Source: an uncultured Verrucomicrobiota bacterium (GTDB lineage: Bacteria; Verrucomicrobiota; Verrucomicrobiia; Limisphaerales; UBA9464). Taken from it: DNA of 64,000 nt. The DNA lies in the NCBI GenBank assembly GCA_964602595.1, contig CAZRRO010000012.1:4314-68313 (forward strand), written 5' to 3'. The notes beneath the pieces are model-generated. The model was not told where the DNA came from, did not search any database, and saw only the letters and a program-made list of their open reading frames with translations. The position numbers were made by a program, and so were the translations under genes. Below, in pieces: positions 55,562 through 64,000 of the stretch (position 1 is the first letter of the stretch; every line of letters begins with the position of its first letter).

Positions 55562-55863
55562 TTTGCCCCGTCGGCGAACTTGGATCGAACCCGCGGGTGA
55601 ATCGGAGTGACCCGACAAAGCAGGGAAGGCGCCTCGCCGGGCCGTCGTCTCAGTGCCGGGTCAGAGGACAGGCAAACCGTGTGCCGGGGGGGGACCGGTG
55701 TCGACTATGTGCTGCCGGTGTCCCGTCGGCAGCGCATCGAGCCAGCTATCGCCACCCCAACGGTGATCCTGACACGCTGACGCAATGCGCCCTCGGCCGC
55801 AGGGCCCCTTGGCGACATCCGGGCTTTCCTCGGGCGTGCTTCCATGCTCTTTAGGCCGACCGC

Positions 55864-58833
<2,970 letters not shown>

Positions 58834-58880
58834 GTGTTCGTCGCGGAAAAAGCTGACACGCTGGTGAGCAGATTCGACGA

Positions 58881-59075
58881 GCCGCGGAGCGGCGCCAGAC
58901 GGTAGCCCACAGCGTAAGCTGTGGGTGGTCGAAGAAAGGCGACCAAGCCCCGGAGGGGCGAAAGAAGTTCCAGATGCCTGTCCACCCCGATCTGTCGCCC
59001 TGCTGGGGCTCCGTTGGTAAGGCTTTGAATCCCCGGGCTGACGCCCGGGGCTACTTTCTGCCGCCCCTCCGGCGC
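58881..59075. repeat. REP/BIME-like element, copy C (rearranged variant) immediately downstream of uvrA
   Basis: It shares the modules gccgcggagcggcgcc, gtagcccacagcgtaagctgtggg, ccccggaggggcgaaaga, gctactttctgccgcccctccgg. The second hairpin is replaced by ccccgggctgacgcccgggg. Confidence 0.55.
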
Positions 59076-59281
59076 TAACTGCCCAATCCGGTGGGGTTCA
59101 TCCGGTAGGTGCCGATGTGAGGAGCCCTGATTTTGTGCGGCAAAGTGATCCTCGTTACCTCGTCTCCTACGGGAACGGATTTCCTGGCTGTTCGGCCAAG
59201 CGGAGTTTCCACGGAGGTTGCCAACCCAAGGTCGCCTCGGTGGGGACGAGACCCGAACGATCAAGCGCGCCTCTTCCGCGG

Positions 59282-60079
59282 CTATTTCTCAAACGGTGTC
59301 CGGATCATGCCGCGGACGGTTTGGCGGCCGTCGGCATCCATGCCGTCCAGACCGAAGCGGATTTCTTCCGGGCGGGCTCGCAGCCGGAAGCTGCCGAACA
59401 GGCGATCCCAGACGGACAGCAAGGAGGCGTAGTTGGAGTCGGTGTCGGCGGGTTCGCGCGAGTGGTGAACCTTGTGCAGGCCCGGGGTGACGATGAGCCA
59501 GCCCAGCGTCCGTTCCCACACGGGCGGCAATGCCACGTTGGCGTGCTGCCACTGCACACAGCCTTGGAGTAGCGTCTCATACAGGACGACATGGCCAAAC
59601 TGGAGTCCGATCAGTGGGATGACTGCGAGCCGGAGCAGGGAGGAGAGGCCGATCTCGACGAGGTGAAAGCGATTGGCGGTGGTCACATCCATCCGGGCGT
59701 CGGAATGATGCACGCGATGGAAGTTCCACAGGCCGGGCAGTTCGTGGGCGGAGCGATGCCACCAGTAAGTCCAGCAATCGAACAGCAGCACGCCGAGTAG
59801 CGCCGCGGGCCAGCCGGTCAGGCCCAGCCAGTTCAGGAGACCGAACCGGTGTTCCGTCGCCCACACCGCCACGGCTTTCCACGCCCAGACGAACCCGACG
59901 ACGACGAGCACGGCGTTGAGCGCCCCGACTACCACGTTGCGGAAGCCGTGACGCCAACGCTCCCGCGAGCCGACAAACAGGGCGAAACACGGAGCCGCCG
60001 TTTCCCATAGCAAGAGCACGATCAGCCAGGCCGTGCTGGCCAGACCTCGCCAGCGGCCGAGTTCCGTGAAGTCGCTCAC
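59282..60079 (-). CDS. Fatty acid hydroxylase / sterol desaturase family membrane protein
   Basis: His boxes HRSAHE, HRVHHSD, HKVHHS; 4 TMs. Confidence 0.75.
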   Translation of the reverse strand: MSDFTELGRWRGLASTAWLIVLLLWETAAPCFALFVGSRERWRHGFRNVVVGALNAVLVVVGFVWAWKAVAVWATEHRFGLLNWLGLTGWPAALLGVLLFDCWTYWWHRSAHELPGLWNFHRVHHSDARMDVTTANRFHLVEIGLSSLLRLAVIPLIGLQFGHVVLYETLLQGCVQWQHANVALPPVWERTLGWLIVTPGLHKVHHSREPADTDSNYASLLSVWDRLFGSFRLRARPEEIRFGLDGMDADGRQTVRGMIRTPFEK

Positions 60080-60623
60080 CGGGGCGCCTCCACCTTGGCC
60101 GGACGCAGTTCGGGGCGGAGCAGTTTGCCGAACGTGGCGTTGTAGGGATGAACCTCGCGGACCCGTTGACCGTCGCGCTCGACGGGGTGGCCGTCATTGG
60201 CCCACTGGAAGATCGAGCCTTCGAGGTTCATCACGTTGGTAAAGCCCGCCTGCAACAGCCGGGTGGCACAGTCGCTGGAGCGATAGCCCACGGAACAATA
60301 GACCACCACCGCGCGATCCCGGGGCAGGGTGGCCGCCAAGGCCGGGCCGGAGATTGCCGGGTCCACCTGCCGGGCGCCGGGCAGATGGCTGACCGCGAAC
60401 TCGGTTGGGGTGCGGACATCCAGCAGCACTGGGGCAGGCCGATTGGTGTCCGACAGCCAGGCGACAAGGTCGGCGGGCGACAGTTGGCGGACGTCGGGAA
60501 AACGTTCGCGCACGAGCGTCCGCATGCCGTCCATGCCGTCGCGGGACGGCTCGAAGGCGAAGACGACGACCGCGAGTCCGACCATCCCCACCACTGCAAT
60601 GAAAGCCCAGTTCATGGATCGCA
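60076..60623 (-). CDS. Rhodanese-domain protein with N-terminal TM
   Basis: Active-site loop VVVYCSVGYRSS. Overlaps the downstream hydroxylase gene by 4 nt. The longer ORF-track N-terminus (60076..61215) is antisense to the adhesin gene. Confidence 0.7.
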
Positions 60624-60844
60624 TGTGCAGGTCGTCGGTAACATCCCGCCGCCGCCCCCGGCAATCGCCGGGCGTGTTTTTTCCAAACGTCACTCCGCGG
60701 CAAACCGCCTTGGCCCGCGGTCTGGGAGCTGGCACGGCAACTGCGAAGCCGAATCCAATCCCTGACCTTGACTTGAGTTTGTCTGTATGCGAACACGCAA
60801 ACAGTTCCCACCCGCACCGCGCTTGCCCGCCTGCCCCTGACTCC

Positions 60845-63800
60845 ATGAATTCCCATCTCTTACCGTCGGCCTGGTGCCGATGGAGTGCCCTGATTGGAAC
60901 CTTGGCTCTGCTGGCTGGGGCCTTGCCCGCGTCGGCCGCCAACCTGCCGCCGCAGTTGCTGATCCACAACCCGACCAACGAGCTGACGGCCGCGGAGGAT
61001 ACGCCGATCCTCCTGCGAGTGGTCGTCGCCGACGTGGAGACCTCGGCCGGTGATTTGCAGCTTACGGTGAAGCCCGTAGATAGCCGGCTGCTTCCGGCTG
61101 GAAACATCGTTGTCGAAGGGCAGGGCAATGAACGGGTCATCCGGTTGACGCCCGCGCCCGATGCCAGCGGGGCTTCCGGTGTGGTCGTCGCCGTCGAGGA
61201 TGGCTCCGGGGGCATCGCGCAGGGGCAGGCCTACCTGACGTGGACGCCGGTGGACGACCCGCCGGTCCTGGCGCCAATCCCGCACCAGATCACGGCGGAG
61301 GGCGCGCCGCCGCTGTGGGTTCCCTTCAGCTTCACGACGCCCGAGTCGCCCGATTCGGTGCGCTTCACCGCGGGGAGTTCCCGCTCCAATCTTGCGACGT
61401 TGCCGACCATCACGACGACGGGGACGAATCGCTGGCTGAACCTCCGGCTCGCAAATGGCTTCGTCGGCAGTTCGGTGATCACGATCTACCCGCAGGCGAA
61501 GAAGGAAGTGGCTGCCTCGGCCAGCGTCTCGTTTGCCCTCACGGTGCTGCCGCGGGAATTTGCCCTCACCAACGCCGCGGGTATCACCGGGGAACGGGCC
61601 GTGGTCTTTGACGCCAACCGGGACGGTGGGCTGGATGTAGCCGTGGGACTCCAGACTGGATTCACGGTGCTCAGCCAAAACCGCTCCAGCCTTCAACTGC
61701 CGATCGCGGCGTCGAGCCTGGCGCTGGGCGATGCGGACGGCGACGGCGACGTGGATGCCTACTTGGCCGAAGCGGCGGGCCCCGGGGTTTATTGGCAAAA
61801 CACCAGCCCGCTGACGACCCTACGGTTTGGACAGATGGCGCCGTTTTTCGCGCGAAAAGAATCCTCGGCCAATGCCGCCTGGGCTGACTTTGATGGCGAC
61901 GGCGACCTGGATCTGGTTGCGGGCGGAGGGACGCCGCCGGTGAACAGCCTGGCGCTGAAACCAGTGCTCTTCGCCCGCAATGACGGGGCCGGCAGTTTCG
62001 TTACCCTGACCAATCGGCTCCCCGCGGCGAGCGACGCGCTGCTTGTTGCCGACTTTGATGGCGATGGGGCCCCGGATGTCCTGTTGGGTAGCGGTCTGGG
62101 GCAAACGAATCAGGCGGTGGTTTGGCGCAACGAAGGTGGCTTCCGTTTCACGCCGACGTCCTGGCGGGTGCCCGCGCCGCTGCTCATGTCGGCGGGCGCG
62201 GTGGACTTCGACGGAGACGGCCGGCTGGATCTCTGGGTGCTACACCGGAGTTCGGCCAATGTGCTGGGCTCGCCCCGCGTCCTCGCGCTGTGGCGCCAGA
62301 CATCGGTCGGCTTTGCCGAGGTCCTGCGCCTGCCCGGCGAGGCGGTGGCCCAGGCCGGACCGCCGGCGTGGGGCGACTTTGATGGCGACGGGTGGCTCGA
62401 CCTGGTCGCGCCCCGGCTCAGTCCGGCGGTGTGGGGCACCAGCCTGGGCGCGCGGGTGACCAACTGTTTTGCCCTCTACCGCAATGATGGCCGCGGCGGC
62501 TTTACGGCGGGAAATTACCTTTTCGGCAACGGCGCCGGTTACAGTCCCGCGGCGGGGGACTTTAACCGCGACGGTTCCCTGGACCTCTGGGTTCCGGAAG
62601 GGCAGGGGCGGTTGATGTTCAACCAGCTTCGCCGGCCCAACCTCCCGCCGGAACCGCCGAGCGGCCTGTTCGCGCTCGCCGAGGGCACCAACGTGGTTTT
62701 CACCTGGCTGCCGGCCAGGGATCTCAACCAAACCGCCCCGCTGACTTACAATCTTCGCGTGGGCACTCGGCCGGGCTCGAATGACGTCGTGGCCTCCATG
62801 TCGTTGGACGACGGCACGCGGCTGCTGCTAACGCCGGGCAACGCCGGCTTTGCGCTGTCGCGGCGACTGCGCCTAGGCCCGGTGGACACCGACGGGCTCT
62901 ATTGGAGCGTGCAGGCCGTGGACAATTCCTTCGCCGGCGGCATGTGGGCGCCCGAGCAATCGATCCGCGTGGAGGGCATTCCGAACGAGTCGCCGGTCAT
63001 CCGGGGCATGGCGGACGTGGTGATGAACGAGGACACGACTGCCGTGCTCGCGGTGACGGTCACGGACGATTTCAGTTCGCCGTCCCAGGTGGTGACGGAG
63101 GTGTTCACCAGCAACCTGAAGCTGTTTCCCACGTTCAAGCAGGGGCCGGCGCGAGCCACCGTCTTTTCGCCTTCGACGAACCGGCCGATTACCTTGCGGC
63201 CGGCCGAAAACGCATTCGGCGAGGCGGAAATCACGATGATCGCTACCGACGGCCGGGGTGCGAGGTCGACGAACCAGGTTAAGGTAACCGTGCTGCCAGT
63301 GAATGACGCGCCGTTCATCAGTGAGCCCCAACGCCAAGTCGTGTTCATGGGGCAGCCCATTCCACCGGTATCCTTCACGGTCGGGGACGTGGAATCCGCG
63401 CCCGACTCGCTCCAAGTCTTCGCCACCAGCCTTACTCCGGACCTCATCGCCACCAGTCGGATCGGACTGTCCACCAACGGTGCGCGGCGGGAATTGACCG
63501 CGACTCCTGAGGCGGGCCGGAGGGGCTTGGCGGAGATCGAATTGACCGTCTGGGATGGTTCCAGTGAAAACGGGTCTCGGCGCCAAAGAGTCTTCATCGA
63601 AGTCCGTGATCAGGCGTTCACACCTGTCGCCGGCGCCTTGGCGGAGGAGCCGGCGTCGACGCTCACCTGGGGTGATTTCGACGGCGATGGGCGCCCTGAT
63701 TTGCTGACGGTGAATCGCGACACCCGGGCGCTACGCCTCTGGCACAACGAGGGAGCCGGGACGTTTTCCGTCGCCGCGGCGGATTTGTCCGCGGCCGGCG

Positions 63801-64000
63801 AAGTCACGCTGGTGGCGGCCGGTGACCTCGACGGAGATGGCGACCTTGATATCGTAACGATTGGCCATGACGGAAAGGCCGCCTGGTTGCGCAACGACGG
63901 TGATCGGTTCTCCGCGCATTTACTGCCGGCCGGCTACCTCGGAGCGGCGCCGGCGGCGCTCAAGGTGGCGGATGCCGACGGCAACGGGAGCAAGGATGTC
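60845..64000 (+). CDS. Large secreted FG-GAP/VCBS-repeat and cadherin-like (VNDAP) adhesin-like protein, 3' end beyond window
   Basis: Not in the ORF track because there is no stop before the window end. Own in-frame translation checked at 61202, 62402, 63602 and 63962. Signal peptide MNSHLLPSAWCRWSALIGTLALLAGALPASAA. Multiple DFDGDGxxDL FG-GAP blades; VTVLPVNDAPFI cadherin-like motif. Confidence 0.75.
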   Translation, partial: MNSHLLPSAWCRWSALIGTLALLAGALPASAANLPPQLLIHNPTNELTAAEDTPILLRVVVADVETSAGDLQLTVKPVDSRLLPAGNIVVEGQGNERVIRLTPAPDASGASGVVVAVEDGSGGIAQGQAYLTWTPVDDPPVLAPIPHQITAEGAPPLWVPFSFTTPESPDSVRFTAGSSRSNLATLPTITTTGTNRWLNLRLANGFVGSSVITIYPQAKKEVAASASVSFALTVLPREFALTNAAGITGERAVVFDANRDGGLDVAVGLQTGFTVLSQNRSSLQLPIAASSLALGDADGDGDVDAYLAEAAGPGVYWQNTSPLTTLRFGQMAPFFARKESSANAAWADFDGDGDLDLVAGGGTPPVNSLALKPVLFARNDGAGSFVTLTNRLPAASDALLVADFDGDGAPDVLLGSGLGQTNQAVVWRNEGGFRFTPTSWRVPAPLLMSAGAVDFDGDGRLDLWVLHRSSANVLGSPRVLALWRQTSVGFAEVLRLPGEAVAQAGPPAWGDFDGDGWLDLVAPRLSPAVWGTSLGARVTNCFALYRNDGRGGFTAGNYLFGNGAGYSPAAGDFNRDGSLDLWVPEGQGRLMFNQLRRPNLPPEPPSGLFALAEGTNVVFTWLPARDLNQTAPLTYNLRVGTRPGSNDVVASMSLDDGTRLLLTPGNAGFALSRRLRLGPVDTDGLYWSVQAVDNSFAGGMWAPEQSIRVEGIPNESPVIRGMADVVMNEDTTAVLAVTVTDDFSSPSQVVTEVFTSNLKLFPTFKQGPARATVFSPSTNRPITLRPAENAFGEAEITMIATDGRGARSTNQVKVTVLPVNDAPFISEPQRQVVFMGQPIPPVSFTVGDVESAPDSLQVFATSLTPDLIATSRIGLSTNGARRELTATPEAGRRGLAEIELTVWDGSSENGSRRQRVFIEVRDQAFTPVAGALAEEPASTLTWGDFDGDGRPDLLTVNRDTRALRLWHNEGAGTFSVAAADLSAAGEVTLVAAGDLDGDGDLDIVTIGHDGKAAWLRNDGDRFSAHLLPAGYLGAAPAALKVADADGNGSKDV

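Noticed and set aside
55575-55610. GGATCGAACCCGCGGG, which on the minus strand reads GGTTCGATCC (tRNA T-loop-like)
   Set aside because: There is no complementary T-stem, no acceptor or anticodon arm around it, and cccgcggg is simply self-complementary. It is not a tRNA.
60860-63597. Several minus-strand ORFs (60860..61798, 62240..62731, 62873..63586/63597)
   Set aside because: Antisense to the continuous FG-GAP/cadherin adhesin frame starting at 60845.

Overview
This is a high-GC (~63-65%), gene-dense bacterial chromosomal segment. Gene content (LL-diaminopimelate aminotransferase DapL, a PEP-CTERM-type lectin, PQQ-like beta-propellers, FG-GAP/cadherin-like adhesins) suggests a Verrucomicrobia/Planctomycetes-like organism; this is inferred from content only. 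All calls rest on motif and family recognition from the translated ORFs; no database search was possible. About 55 genes are supportable. Known-family genes: a zur-znuBCA zinc-uptake operon (zur truncated by the window start); rpsR-rpmG plus a dksA-like gene; an orphan sigma54/NtrC-type activator; nnr; aroC; two tandem secreted PQQ-like beta-propeller proteins; a lemA-TPM-TPM module; rarA; a 5-formyl-THF cyclo-ligase; RNase Y; a sensor-less blaI/blaR1 pair; a ppnP-NUDIX-tadA-lipoprotein operon; pyrC; a DMGDH-like FAD oxidoreductase-GcvT fusion; gamma-glutamylcyclotransferase; dapL; an MFS transporter; a double-FtsX ABC permease; an OPT transporter; a HAD-NUDIX fusion; folB; a metzincin with a PKD domain; phzF; a TIM-barrel signalling-family protein; uvrA; a fatty-acid hydroxylase with a rhodanese; and a large FG-GAP/cadherin-like adhesin running off the 3' end. 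The most interesting item is a 1846-aa protein carrying one embedded AAA_5 (MoxR/midasin-like) ATPase core, co-oriented with a 718-aa flotillin (SPFH) gene. The two are now separated by an IS200/RAYT-type tyrosine transposase flanked by two ~200-bp composite palindromic REP/BIME-like elements; a rearranged third copy lies downstream of uvrA. Other notable items: a ~100-bp palindromic element inserted in-frame inside uvrA (analogous to Rickettsia RPEs); an A8 homopolymer that frameshifts the signal peptide of a secreted C-type-lectin PEP-CTERM gene (phase-variation candidate or sequencing error); an overlapping small-ORF/HNH-nuclease pair preceded by two copies of a 17-bp perfect palindrome; a 130-bp palindromic divergent intergenic region; and a ~730-bp apparently non-coding gap. 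There is no rRNA, convincing tRNA or CRISPR. Many long ORFs in the track are antisense artefacts of the high GC.
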